Below, in pieces: positions 9,245 through 18,657 of a stretch of DNA of 64,000 nucleotides. The notes beneath the pieces were generated by a model, which searched no databases, had not been told where the DNA came from, and saw only the letters and a program-made list of their open reading frames with translations. Source of the stretch: Vampirovibrionaceae bacterium NZW_1234. Its GTDB lineage: Bacteria > Cyanobacteriota > Vampirovibrionia > Vampirovibrionales > JAGQHJ01. The position numbers and the translations under genes were made by a program. Positions within the stretch are counted from its first letter, which is position 1. Each line of letters begins with the position of its first letter. The stretch lies in NCBI GenBank assembly GCA_041697335.1, contig JBGUGD010000035.1, forward strand, positions 159,151-223,150, given 5' to 3'.

Positions 9245-9601
9245 ATGAACTCTTCAGAGCCAAAACGCTGGTATGATCAAGATCCTGCTCTCAAGCAAGC
9301 CTTAGAATGCCTAAGCAAAGCCTCTGACAAGTACCAAGCTCAAATTGCACTCAATATTATTTTAGTCATTGTTGAACATCAAATTGAAACTCGAAGCCTT
9401 ACACGCGTCGATGATCTCATCCAGTCCATTCAAACCTCGAATACTATCTCGCAGCAGTATTTTCGACGTTGGTATGATGTTAATGAAAGCCTCAGAGCCG
9501 CTATGCAAATGCTCCAAGACTGCCCAGCCGATGTTCAAAAGAAGGTTATACCCGATATCTGTCGATTGGTGGAAGATACCTTAAACTCTGCTTACGAATA
9601 G
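9245..9601 (+). CDS. Hypothetical protein with an internal RWYD repeat
   Basis: 118 aa; KRWYDQDPALKQAL and RRWYDVNESLRAAM; TGCTATAAT extended -10 upstream. Confidence 0.8.
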   Translation: MNSSEPKRWYDQDPALKQALECLSKASDKYQAQIALNIILVIVEHQIETRSLTRVDDLIQSIQTSNTISQQYFRRWYDVNESLRAAMQMLQDCPADVQKKVIPDICRLVEDTLNSAYE

Positions 9602-9729
9602 CCTTATTTTTCGCATTCATAAGAGGTTCTGTTAATACTTTGCAACAAAGTATCATCAGTTTCTCATTAGATTGTTTTTATATAAATACAGTATTATTTT
9701 TTGGAATTGGAGTTTTAGGAGACCTACCC

Positions 9730-10239
9730 ATGCAATTTCCAATGATGCAACAGCCAACTTTGCGCCCTGTTGGCTACGCCTTGGTCCCTACAGGCCAGCA
9801 GCAACCTCGCCAACCAGCATTTTCAGGTTTTCCCCAACAGCAATTTTCTCCCCAGCAATCTGCATTTCCGATGCTGGCTCAGTTCCCAAACCTGATTGGG
9901 CAATTTCCTCAATCCTTTGGGCAATCACCACAATCGTTTTTCCCGCAGCAACAGATGCCGCAATTCCGCCCCCCTCAATTCGGCCCCATGCAACCTGGAC
10001 TGCCTTTCGGCGGCTATCCTTCGCAAGTGGGCGGATTCGGTCAATTTGGCCCTGCCATGGCTGGCGGATTTCCGCCACAACAAGGAGGGTTTGGCCAATT
10101 TGGACCTTCAATGGGCAGTGGCAATCGCGTGGACTTCAGACCGGTTATTGTCCAGAACCAAAGCAACTCAGCACCCTTGGGCTCTGCCGGTATCAATGCC
10201 ACGATGTCTGCACAAGCGGCCCTCGGCTACAACGCTTAA
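9730..10239 (+). CDS. Low-complexity Q/P/F/G-rich protein
   Basis: 169 aa with AGGAG RBS and a downstream hairpin; repeats such as GGFGQFGP. Confidence 0.75.
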   Translation: MQFPMMQQPTLRPVGYALVPTGQQQPRQPAFSGFPQQQFSPQQSAFPMLAQFPNLIGQFPQSFGQSPQSFFPQQQMPQFRPPQFGPMQPGLPFGGYPSQVGGFGQFGPAMAGGFPPQQGGFGQFGPSMGSGNRVDFRPVIVQNQSNSAPLGSAGINATMSAQAALGYNA

Positions 10240-10271
10240 GACTCCCCCCTTTTCCAGAAATCCAATTCCAA

Positions 10272-10303
10272 ATCAAACGCTCCGAAGCCTCGGAGCGTTT
10301 GAT
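10272..10303. terminator. Hairpin between convergent genes
   Basis: ATCAAACGCTCCGA-AGCC-TCGGAGCGTTTGAT, perfect 14-bp stem. Confidence 0.75.
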
Positions 10304-10329
10304 GCTTTAAAATCATACAGACAAAGAAG

Positions 10330-11214
10330 TTATAACGTTGCTACTGGAATTCCTTGTAAGTCAAAGGTCTCTTTAATACGGCGCAAATAATTCCGACGCA
10401 AGCTATCCTGATGATTCGGCAAGGTCTTGGCATATACCTTAACGACCATCCCACGAGCCCGCAGCGCATCCACCCCTAACAGCGTAGGCCCTTCGACTAA
10501 CTCCTTGCTAAAATCCCGAGTAAACTGCTGATGCAATTTGTTCAACTGCGAATACAGACTTTCAACTGTGAGCTCTGGAGCAAAAAACTCCAAGGTAACC
10601 ACCATTCCCGAACGCTCACGGGTATAAACCACAACCTTTGAAGCTTCGCCCGAAGGAATTACATGCACGCGCTGCTCCAAATCTCGCAAAGTAATTGCCC
10701 GTAAGGTCATCTTTTCTACTTGCCCGATCGCCTCCCCAATTTTCACCACATCCCCAATCCCAAACTGATTCTCGAGAATAATACAAAACCCATAAAATAA
10801 ATCTTTTACTAGCGTTTGCGTCCCCAAACCGATAGCCACACCTAAAATACTGGCCCCTGCCAGAAAGGGAAGCAGATTAATCCCCATTTCTCCCAGAATT
10901 AAGAGACCAGTCCCCACCATCACAACTGACATCAAGACATTTCGGAGAATTGTTGCAATCGTTTCCACCCGCTTTGCACTGGGGCTTACGACCAAAGAAA
11001 CATCATTTCCAATATATAGCTTACGATACCGCTCAATAATCCCGGTTATTACTTTCAACGTCAGGCCACTGATAAGCAAGATCACAGAAATACGAATTAA
11101 ACTGGCCCAAATATCGTCTACCGAGGTCCAAACATGGGTTTCCAGAGTTTTCAAATTGCTAGGGGGGTGCCCGGAGATGGCTCGAATTAGGGAATTGACC
11201 AAATCTGTAGGCAT
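10330..11214 (-). CDS. mscS: Small-conductance mechanosensitive channel (MscS family)
   Basis: LAGASILGVAIGLGTQTLVKD, ENQFGIGDVV, GQVEKMTLRAITLRD. Confidence 0.9.
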   Translation of the reverse strand: MPTDLVNSLIRAISGHPPSNLKTLETHVWTSVDDIWASLIRISVILLISGLTLKVITGIIERYRKLYIGNDVSLVVSPSAKRVETIATILRNVLMSVVMVGTGLLILGEMGINLLPFLAGASILGVAIGLGTQTLVKDLFYGFCIILENQFGIGDVVKIGEAIGQVEKMTLRAITLRDLEQRVHVIPSGEASKVVVYTRERSGMVVTLEFFAPELTVESLYSQLNKLHQQFTRDFSKELVEGPTLLGVDALRARGMVVKVYAKTLPNHQDSLRRNYLRRIKETFDLQGIPVATL

Positions 11215-11429
11215 TTTATCCTCAAGAATTGAATAGGCTATGTTGCCCACCTCTAAGAACGACAAGCACAAGGAGAGCTTTTTTAGATATACCATTCCAT
11301 GAAATTCGGGGCAACTTTCCACGTCCCTTCCGATACCCTCTGGACAGATTTCGCAGATCCACTGCCTTTATGTCATAATGCGAAAAATAAACTTTTGAAT
11401 CGTGAGGATTCAAACATACTGGAAAGGAT

Positions 11430-12551
11430 GTGCATATGGTGGTAAAAACTTTAGGCGAACTGGCTGAACTCTTGTCCTGTGATATGGTTGGAGATGCATC
11501 TCAAGCCATTGAACAGGTAGTCCACCCCAAATTTGCATCTGGCCCCCAAGACTTAGCTTTGCTTTTGGATAAAAGTCTTTTAGAGTCCCTTGAACAACAT
11601 TCCCTTCAAACAGTTTTGCTTCCGGCGGATCTGGATTTACCTCAAATTCCCAATCGTTTACTTGTCAAACGCCCTAAAGTTGCCCTTGCAATTCTGCTGG
11701 ATATCTATGAGAAGCCCACTTACGTGGCTCCGGGCATTCACCCTTCTGCCGTGATTGATCCGACTGCGCTAATTGAAGACGATGTTTCCATTGGCCCCTT
11801 ATGCGTTGTGGGCCCAAGGACACATATTGGCACTGGAACAAAACTTGTCGCAAACGTGACTATAGGGGCTGATGTCGTTATCGGATCAGACTGTTTTTTC
11901 CATCCTGGTGTCGTGATTGGTGACCGGGTTCACATCGGGCATCGCAATATCCTCCATCCCAATGCCAGTATTGGCAATGACGGCTTCAGCTTTGTTACAC
12001 CGGAAGCAGGCAGCGTCGAAGCGGCGCGGGCACGGGGCAAAGTAGATGCCCAGAATACCCACTTACTGCGCATTAATTCAATTGGTACCGTAATACTCGA
12101 AGATGACGTAGAAATTGGAGCCAACAGTTGTGTTGACAGGGCCACCCTTGGGGAAACCCGCATCAAACGAGGCTCTAAACTGGATAACCAGGTTCAAATT
12201 GCTCATAATGTTGTCTTAGGTGAAAACTGCCTACTGGCAGCCCAAGTTGGCATTGCGGGAAGTACGACCATTGGCAATCGCGTGGTCATGGCCGGTCAAG
12301 CAGGCGTCAAAGATCATGCAACTATTGGTGATGATGTCATTGTCATGGGCAAATCTGGCATTGCCAGTGATGTGGTTGAACCTAAAACCATTATTGCCGG
12401 CGTCCATGGCATGCCCCACCGAGAGTATCTGCGTTATGAAATGGGGTTAAAGCGTGCTGCGGCGCTCCCACCCAAGGTAAAAGAATTAACATCCCGCCTT
12501 GAGGCGTTGGAAAAGAAATTACATGAGCTGGAGGCCCACCAGCCGGTATGA
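11430..12551 (+). CDS. lpxD: UDP-3-O-acyl-glucosamine N-acyltransferase
   Basis: GIHPSAVID, hexapeptide repeats, IGNDGFSF, VEIGANSCVDR, KLDNQVQIAHNV. Confidence 0.95.
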   Translation: MHMVVKTLGELAELLSCDMVGDASQAIEQVVHPKFASGPQDLALLLDKSLLESLEQHSLQTVLLPADLDLPQIPNRLLVKRPKVALAILLDIYEKPTYVAPGIHPSAVIDPTALIEDDVSIGPLCVVGPRTHIGTGTKLVANVTIGADVVIGSDCFFHPGVVIGDRVHIGHRNILHPNASIGNDGFSFVTPEAGSVEAARARGKVDAQNTHLLRINSIGTVILEDDVEIGANSCVDRATLGETRIKRGSKLDNQVQIAHNVVLGENCLLAAQVGIAGSTTIGNRVVMAGQAGVKDHATIGDDVIVMGKSGIASDVVEPKTIIAGVHGMPHREYLRYEMGLKRAAALPPKVKELTSRLEALEKKLHELEAHQPV

Positions 12552-13378
12552 CCTCCCCAACGGTTGCCACAATCAAGGGAAACGGGCTTATTACCGGGCT
12601 CCCAATTACAGCTTCTGTGACCCCAAGGCCTGAGGGGTCCGGAATTAGGTTTGTTTCTGAAGGAATAACTTTTCCAGCAAGCGCCACCTATGTGGTTGAT
12701 GCGAACCGGGGCGTAACGCTTGGGCTCGACGGTAAAACGCTAAGCATTGTAGAACACTTTTTGGCAGCCTGCGCCATAACCCAACGCCTTGATCTGTGTC
12801 TTACCTTAGAGGGAGGCCCTGAACTCCCCTTATTAGATGGCTCGGCTCAAGACTGGGCTTCTTTTTTGATAGCCAACTTACCGGCTCGCTCCCAATCCCA
12901 AACGCTCTGCCTAACGGCGCCTGTTCGCTACCAAGATCCTAAAAATCCCGATATTTTTATTACTGCTTTTCCCTCGGACACGCTGGGGATCACATACCTA
13001 ATGAACTTTAATCATCCCAGCCTGAGAAGCCGCTGGTGGCGCTGGACATCAGCAACATCAGGATCTTTGTTGGAAACCGTAGCTCCGGCCCGAACCTTTG
13101 GATTTGTTTCGGATTTACCCAAACTCCAGGCTCAAGGCATGGCCCTTGGTGTAACGGAGGAAAACACCTTGGGGCTTTTAGATGACGGCGGGCTGACCTC
13201 GGATCTTCGGCTGGAAGATGAACCTCTTCGACATAAGGTTCTCGATTTGATTGGCGATTTAATGCTCTGCGGTATTCCGATTGAGCAACTGCGAGCAGAA
13301 ATTCTTGTATCCTGTGGTGGTCACGCATCACACCTAACATTTGGTCAACAACTATTTAAAATGCTAATCCCTGTTTAG
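12548..13378 (+). CDS. lpxC: UDP-3-O-acyl-GlcNAc deacetylase
   Basis: IVEHFLAA, ELPLLDGSA, APARTFGF, DEPLRHKVLDLIGDL, GGHASH; ATGA overlap with lpxD. Confidence 0.93.
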   Translation: MTSPTVATIKGNGLITGLPITASVTPRPEGSGIRFVSEGITFPASATYVVDANRGVTLGLDGKTLSIVEHFLAACAITQRLDLCLTLEGGPELPLLDGSAQDWASFLIANLPARSQSQTLCLTAPVRYQDPKNPDIFITAFPSDTLGITYLMNFNHPSLRSRWWRWTSATSGSLLETVAPARTFGFVSDLPKLQAQGMALGVTEENTLGLLDDGGLTSDLRLEDEPLRHKVLDLIGDLMLCGIPIEQLRAEILVSCGGHASHLTFGQQLFKMLIPV

Positions 13379-13415
13379 AATACCTCTCCGATCCCTGTTT
13401 TCATTTCAAAAGGGG

Positions 13416-13443
13416 TTGCAAAATGAGATGACTCCGCTATAAT
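13416..13443 (+). promoter_or_regulatory. Sigma-70-type promoter of the leader-aroF-tyrA operon
   Basis: TTGCAA-N16-TATAAT. Confidence 0.7.
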
Positions 13444-13503
13444 GAAGCCAATATTCAATTTTATTGCGCTTTGAAACTAAATTTGATTGGAGCTTTTGAT
13501 CCA

Positions 13504-13617
13504 ATGGCACAACGCCAGTTTAATCTAACTAACACCCGATGGTTCGTTTCCCAAAACGACCGGGTTTCTGGCGTTTATTTTTATAGCTATTTTTATTTCC
13601 TCGGCAGAGGGCAATAG
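13504..13617 (+). CDS. Attenuator leader peptide, 37 aa, Tyr/Phe-rich (not in the ORF track)
   Basis: MAQRQFNLTNTRWFVSQNDRVSGVYFYSYFYFLGRGQ; GGAG at 13489-13492; lies upstream of aromatic amino acid genes. Confidence 0.85.
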   Translation: MAQRQFNLTNTRWFVSQNDRVSGVYFYSYFYFLGRGQ

Positions 13618-13686
13618 CGGCATTTACAACACAAAAAGTTTACAAACCGCTGAACCCTCTGACAAAAAACAGGTTCAGCGGTTTTT
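13605..13686 (+). terminator. Attenuator terminator/antiterminator
   Basis: Terminator AAACCGCTGAACC(13644-56)/GGTTCAGCGGTTT(13672-84) plus T-run; antiterminator CAGAGGG(13605-11)/CCCTCTG(13655-61) and AGCGG(13616-20)/CCGCT(13647-51). Confidence 0.88.
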
Positions 13687-13731
13687 CTGATGTTACCCCC
13701 TCATCAAAAACCCCTGAAAGGAGTCCCCATA

Positions 13732-14586
13732 ATGACAACTCGTAAAGCCTTACACCTCAACCAAGAGTCTAAGACGACCACTAGTGTCGCTATTAATGAC
13801 ACAATCTGCTGTGGCAACACTGATTTATGGATTGTGGCTGGCCCTTGTGCCGTGGAAGGCCTGACTCAATTAGAGCAAGTCAGCCAAGCCCTCATAAAAA
13901 ATGGGGTCACTTCTATCCGCGGAGGGGCATTTAAGCCTCGTACGTCACCCTACACCTTCCAGGGACATGGGACCGAAGGTCTCGAAATGCTGGATGAAAT
14001 GCGTCGTCTGCATGGCTTGGCTGTTGTCACGGAAGTGATGGCGATTGATCAAATTGATGCCGTTGCACAGCATGCCGATGTGCTCCAGGTGGGCAGTCGC
14101 AATATGCAAAACTTTGATCTTTTGAAAGCCTTGGGCACGATTGATAAACCCATCCTCCTCAAGCGAGGTCTTGCCGCAACGCTGGATGAGTTCCTCTGGT
14201 CTGCCGAATATATTATTGCTGGCGGAAACGAGCGAGTGATTCTGTGTGAACGAGGCATTCGGAGTTTTGATTCTGAAACCCGCAATGTTTTGGACCTAGG
14301 AGGTGTTGCTGTCTTAAAAGAAAAAAGTCACTTGCCCGTTATCGTTGATCCGAGTCACGCTGCCGGTCGTCGAGACATCATCCCCGCCTTGTCACGAGCT
14401 GCCTTAGCTGTTGGAGCCGATGGTTTAATCGTCGAGATCCACCCCGTCCCGGATAAATCGGTCAGCGATGCCAGCCAAGCTTTATCTTTAGACGCCTTTG
14501 ATAATTTGATGCAAGAACTGGCTCCTATTGCCAATGCCATGGGCCGCTCTTTGGTTCAACGACAAGACGTATCGGTTCGGGCGTGA
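13732..14586 (+). CDS. aroF: DAHP synthase, type I-beta, without an N-terminal regulatory domain
   Basis: VAGPCAVE, RGGAFKPRTSPYTFQG, QVGSRNMQNF, LLKRG, LCERGIR, VDPSHA; AAGGAG RBS. Confidence 0.95.
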   Translation: MTTRKALHLNQESKTTTSVAINDTICCGNTDLWIVAGPCAVEGLTQLEQVSQALIKNGVTSIRGGAFKPRTSPYTFQGHGTEGLEMLDEMRRLHGLAVVTEVMAIDQIDAVAQHADVLQVGSRNMQNFDLLKALGTIDKPILLKRGLAATLDEFLWSAEYIIAGGNERVILCERGIRSFDSETRNVLDLGGVAVLKEKSHLPVIVDPSHAAGRRDIIPALSRAALAVGADGLIVEIHPVPDKSVSDASQALSLDAFDNLMQELAPIANAMGRSLVQRQDVSVRA

Positions 14587-15482
14587 TGTCGACTGAAAAC
14601 CCTAGCGCGTTTAATACAATTGCCATTATTGGCCTCGGCCTGATTGGAGGCTCCTTAGCCAGGCTGATTCGTCATCAAACTCCCCAGGTTCGTATATTCG
14701 GCTTGGATCAACCATCAGTGGTCACCCAAGCTTTAGTTGAAGGCGTTCTGACAGATGCATTGACGGATCTGTCCGATCCCCGGTTACATGAAGCAGACCT
14801 GATTGTCATTGGGACCCACCCCCACCAAAGTTACACCCTCTTACAATCTTTGGCTGAATTAACGACATCAACGCTAACGATTATGGACCTGGGGAGTTCC
14901 AAAGCCACTATTTGCCGAATAGCTGAATCACTCCCGGCACATATTCAATTTATTGGTGGGCACCCTTTAGCCGGTCGGGAAATCAGTGGTTTTGACAATA
15001 GCCGCTGGGATCTCTTTTTCAAGAAACGCTTTTTGCTTTCAACCTGTGCTCGCACACCTGAGCCATTACTCTCCCAAGTTGAATCCTGGCTAAAAACGCT
15101 GGGAACCATCCCCATTGTTGTAGGAGCAGAGGACCATGATAGACTCATGGCCTTGGTCAGCCACTTTCCTCAATTTTATGCCATCGCTCTGGCTAATCTG
15201 TTAGCTCGAAACAACCCAGAAGAAGCTTTGAACTTCTTAGGTGGGGGGATCGATGATCAAATGCGGCTGATGATCAGCCCCTTCGAGATCTGGCATGACG
15301 TCTTTGAAGACAATCGAGCCCATATGAATACCATGCTCGATCAATTCATCGCCATCCTGACCCAGATGAAAACCGATTTAAACCAAGATTCTCTGGCTTC
15401 CTGGTTTGAAACCAGCCATTCCATTTATCATATGTATCAAGAGCATAAAGCAGCTCAATACCGTGTTTTTTCCGAGAACTGA
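14583..15482 (+). CDS. tyrA: Prephenate/arogenate dehydrogenase
   Basis: IIGLGLIGGSLA, MDLGSSK, FIGGHPLAG, HDRLMALVSHFP. Confidence 0.92.
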   Translation: MMSTENPSAFNTIAIIGLGLIGGSLARLIRHQTPQVRIFGLDQPSVVTQALVEGVLTDALTDLSDPRLHEADLIVIGTHPHQSYTLLQSLAELTTSTLTIMDLGSSKATICRIAESLPAHIQFIGGHPLAGREISGFDNSRWDLFFKKRFLLSTCARTPEPLLSQVESWLKTLGTIPIVVGAEDHDRLMALVSHFPQFYAIALANLLARNNPEEALNFLGGGIDDQMRLMISPFEIWHDVFEDNRAHMNTMLDQFIAILTQMKTDLNQDSLASWFETSHSIYHMYQEHKAAQYRVFSEN

Positions 15483-15578
15483 ACAGGGCCTTTTCAATCA
15501 ACCCACACGCCAAGCGTTCCAACATATAACCCCTAGCCTAAGCAGGGCTTGCGACCAAAAATGAACCGAGTACCAGAC

Positions 15579-15872
15579 TTAGTAAGGGTTGTTGCGCTGA
15601 GCTTCTTGCTGCTTTTTTAAATTCTCTTGGGCCTGTTTTTTCATCGCCAGATAGGCTTCAAACATCACTTTGGAGTGCTCTGCTTCAATCTCAGAGGCCA
15701 AGCCCATTTGACCAAACCGAACCGTATCGGCCGGGGTCAATCGTCCAGCAATGGCGTCATTGGCAGCCTGATTTGCCAAACCCAACTGCGCATTCATCGC
15801 TTGGTAACCACGCATTTGGAAATGGTTGGCACCGGATATGGATTGATACATTTGCATGAGGGGGAGAATCAT
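15579..15872 (-). CDS. Small helical hypothetical protein
   Basis: 97 aa, Q/A/M-rich; strong GGAGGTG RBS. Confidence 0.8.
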   Translation of the reverse strand: MILPLMQMYQSISGANHFQMRGYQAMNAQLGLANQAANDAIAGRLTPADTVRFGQMGLASEIEAEHSKVMFEAYLAMKKQAQENLKKQQEAQRNNPY

Positions 15873-16106
15873 GGATCAGAACACCTCCTACGCCCTTTGT
15901 AATAAGTCAAAATAGTGACTATACTTCCTTATAGTATCGGATCGATCGGGGTTTGGCAAGCACATATTGCCAATCTTAGTACTATTCCCATGGTTTATTA
16001 AACAACCAGACTATCTCCCATTGCCACCTCGGCTAGACCTCGGGGCCTACGGCTTCAGATGCCCTCTCCATGCAAGAATGCTATAATGCCACCTGGAGAA
16101 CACGTT

Positions 16107-17048
16107 ATGTCACATTCACCGATCTTTACCATTGATTCCTTTCCGACCCCCAGTGGTCCTCTACGCTATGGAATTGTACGAGACGAGCTTCGTTCAGCTG
16201 AAAAACCGGCTCGCCCTGTTGTCTTCGTTCCTGGCCTTGGAGGCTCCGTCAAAAACGCCCTCAGTTTTATGCGTCTCATGGCCCAAGAATTTGGCGTGGT
16301 CTACAGCTTGGACGCACGAGGCTTTGGCATTAATGAAGGTCGAAAGCCAACCCCCAACCCCTCAGCCTATCTCAAGGATTTTCAAAAGTTCATTTTATAC
16401 TTGCAGCAAATCAATGCTATTGATGAAAATAATAAGCCAATCATTATTGGTATCAGCTTGGGAAGTGTATTATCGACCCTCTTTACGACAAGCTATCAAC
16501 ACCCGTTCACTGCTCAAATCCTTGTTGCACCCGCTTTTCGACCACACCCTCAGTTGTTTGACACGAGTTTTAAACTCAAAAACTATTCCCAAGTCTTCAT
16601 TAAAGGCCCTTGGGCCTTAACTCGCCTACCCTACGGGATTCAGGACTTGACCCGTAATGCGGACTTATATAACGACCCCTTGTTCCAGGATCCACTGGTC
16701 TTGCCGACGTTTTACCTCTTTTTCGTTGACCTGCTATGCCGCAAGGCCCTGTCTCGCTGTAAGCGAATTGCCATTCCCACAGCCGTGGTCGTTCCGGAGA
16801 AAGACTCCATTTGCGATCCGGTCACTATGACCCAAGCCTGTAAATGCATTAACCATCCTCAAACCCGGCTCCTGAATTATCCTGACCTTTATCATGATGT
16901 TTTCATGGAGCCAGAAGAAGACCAACGCCATGTTGTGACAGACTTGGTTCACTGGCTCAGCGACCTGGAACCCTCTCAAGATGTGCCCCATCAAGCACGT
17001 TCAACCTCGTCAACCCACCCATACTCATCATCTTCGGATCGCCTCTAA
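16107..17048 (+). CDS. Alpha/beta hydrolase (lysophospholipase-like)
   Basis: VPGLGG, LDARGFG, GISLG nucleophile elbow, EKDSIC and LYHDVF triad residues. Confidence 0.85.
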   Translation: MSHSPIFTIDSFPTPSGPLRYGIVRDELRSAEKPARPVVFVPGLGGSVKNALSFMRLMAQEFGVVYSLDARGFGINEGRKPTPNPSAYLKDFQKFILYLQQINAIDENNKPIIIGISLGSVLSTLFTTSYQHPFTAQILVAPAFRPHPQLFDTSFKLKNYSQVFIKGPWALTRLPYGIQDLTRNADLYNDPLFQDPLVLPTFYLFFVDLLCRKALSRCKRIAIPTAVVVPEKDSICDPVTMTQACKCINHPQTRLLNYPDLYHDVFMEPEEDQRHVVTDLVHWLSDLEPSQDVPHQARSTSSTHPYSSSSDRL

Positions 17049-17120
17049 CAAAGACGGGATGCTCTGCCCTGAAAAATCCGGTATACTCATACTAAAGAGT
17101 TGGTATAAGGACAGGGTGGT

Positions 17121-18179
17121 ATGCAGGGTTCAGGAGATAAATCACGCAAAACGGACACCATGCAAGCTGTTGTTCAGGTGGGCACCATCGGCTTTTACCC
17201 GATTAACAGTCTTTCGATTTCAGCGTTCCACCACGGACAATGCCAGGTTCTTATCCACTCCCCATTGGCACCAAACCAAGAGCTTGTAAAACAAAAGGGA
17301 GATCTATCCGTTGATGGAACAACGGTGCCCCTCCAGGGGAACGTGTTCAGTAGCTTCTCTGATGCCTTTTACCGGGGCAGACTACCGGAACTGGTTGTCA
17401 TCACCTGCAACATGATGGAAACCCCACAGTTTCTGGAGGCATTTCTGGATTTTTGCGAAAAACTCTGCACCCTTGGCTTTCTTTCGCCAGAAACGGATGA
17501 CGATTTTTCAATCCTGGATCGCTATGTTCCGCAAGTCATCATTGCCTCGTATGGCATTGTGTTCGATGTCATTCTTGACAAGATGAATACGGCTTTAAGT
17601 CTCATTTCCGGGATTTCTCCGAGACACCGCGAACGTATACTGCAAAAGGTGTCTCGCGGCATGTGGGCTTTTCCCGAAGAGGGGTATGATCTCACATTGA
17701 CACCCTTGACACTCTATCCCAAGCCCTTGGCCTTAAATGTGGCAGGCTCCTCTTCCATCTATACACTTCGGACCACTCAGCTGTTGGAAACCCATGGTAT
17801 ACCGTGTGAATTTAACCCCAACGGTTCCCAAGGCATCCTGGAGTGGGAGATCAATCTTGCCTACAAGCATGTTCTGCACCGTCTTTTGCCCCTTGTCAAC
17901 TTGGGTGATGCTTCGTCCTTGGATATCAACGAACATTTCGAATCTCTGGCTAAGGCATATGATATTCTTCCCGGCCAAGTAACGTGCCTGGATAATGCCG
18001 GCAGCAAGTCGAAAAAATCCTCGCCCTTTAAAGACTACACATTGACCACCCTGGATTTGGCGATTCTTCATCAGCTTCACCAACTGGCTCAAGGGGCCTC
18101 GCTCAATTCTGTCGCTGAGTTTTTAGACACTTTAATCCATAAGATACAGCCCAGTGTTATGACTTCCACCTCTGCCTAA
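17121..18179 (+). CDS. Hypothetical protein
   Basis: 352-aa ORF co-oriented with its neighbours; no recognised motif. Confidence 0.75.
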   Translation: MQGSGDKSRKTDTMQAVVQVGTIGFYPINSLSISAFHHGQCQVLIHSPLAPNQELVKQKGDLSVDGTTVPLQGNVFSSFSDAFYRGRLPELVVITCNMMETPQFLEAFLDFCEKLCTLGFLSPETDDDFSILDRYVPQVIIASYGIVFDVILDKMNTALSLISGISPRHRERILQKVSRGMWAFPEEGYDLTLTPLTLYPKPLALNVAGSSSIYTLRTTQLLETHGIPCEFNPNGSQGILEWEINLAYKHVLHRLLPLVNLGDASSLDINEHFESLAKAYDILPGQVTCLDNAGSKSKKSSPFKDYTLTTLDLAILHQLHQLAQGASLNSVAEFLDTLIHKIQPSVMTSTSA

Positions 18180-18218
18180 ACCCTGCCTCCAGACTTAAAC
18201 CAAGGATTTCCAGCACCG

Positions 18219-18515
18219 ATGCCTTCACCTCGTCCAGTCAATTATCCCAAACCCCTTCAACGAATCCGGATGTTTCAAATTTCCGGGGTGTCTTTGATTA
18301 CTCTTGCCATCCTCAATACGTTATTTCGAGCCCAAATTACCTTTGCAGCCGATTTAGCCTTGCTTACCACCGGCTTAGGGCTCTTGCTTCTTTCTGTGCT
18401 CCTTTGGCGTCGTTACCGAATTCAGCAAAAATTGAAACTGAAGGTGCACGATAAGCGCTCCAACAACAGCACGCTTACCGCTACCAGGCAGCATCGTCAC
18501 CCTCTATCTTTTTGA
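18219..18515 (+). CDS. Small membrane protein (2 TM)
   Basis: Two hydrophobic segments followed by a basic tail. Confidence 0.65.
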   Translation: MPSPRPVNYPKPLQRIRMFQISGVSLITLAILNTLFRAQITFAADLALLTTGLGLLLLSVLLWRRYRIQQKLKLKVHDKRSNNSTLTATRQHRHPLSF

Positions 18516-18657
18516 ACAACTTTCTGTTATAAATACAGGACTTATTTCGAATTGAAATAACATTGGGTTGGGGAAATGTGGGATGCTTGAGACAACGCTT
18601 TGTCCATCTGTGAGAAAAGCAATTTATGCTGTCCATGATAGACCAAAAAACATCGAT

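Noticed and set aside
9672..10390. Overlapping alternative-frame ORFs over the Q/P-rich gene
   Set aside because: No RBS; open frames are expected from low-complexity codon usage
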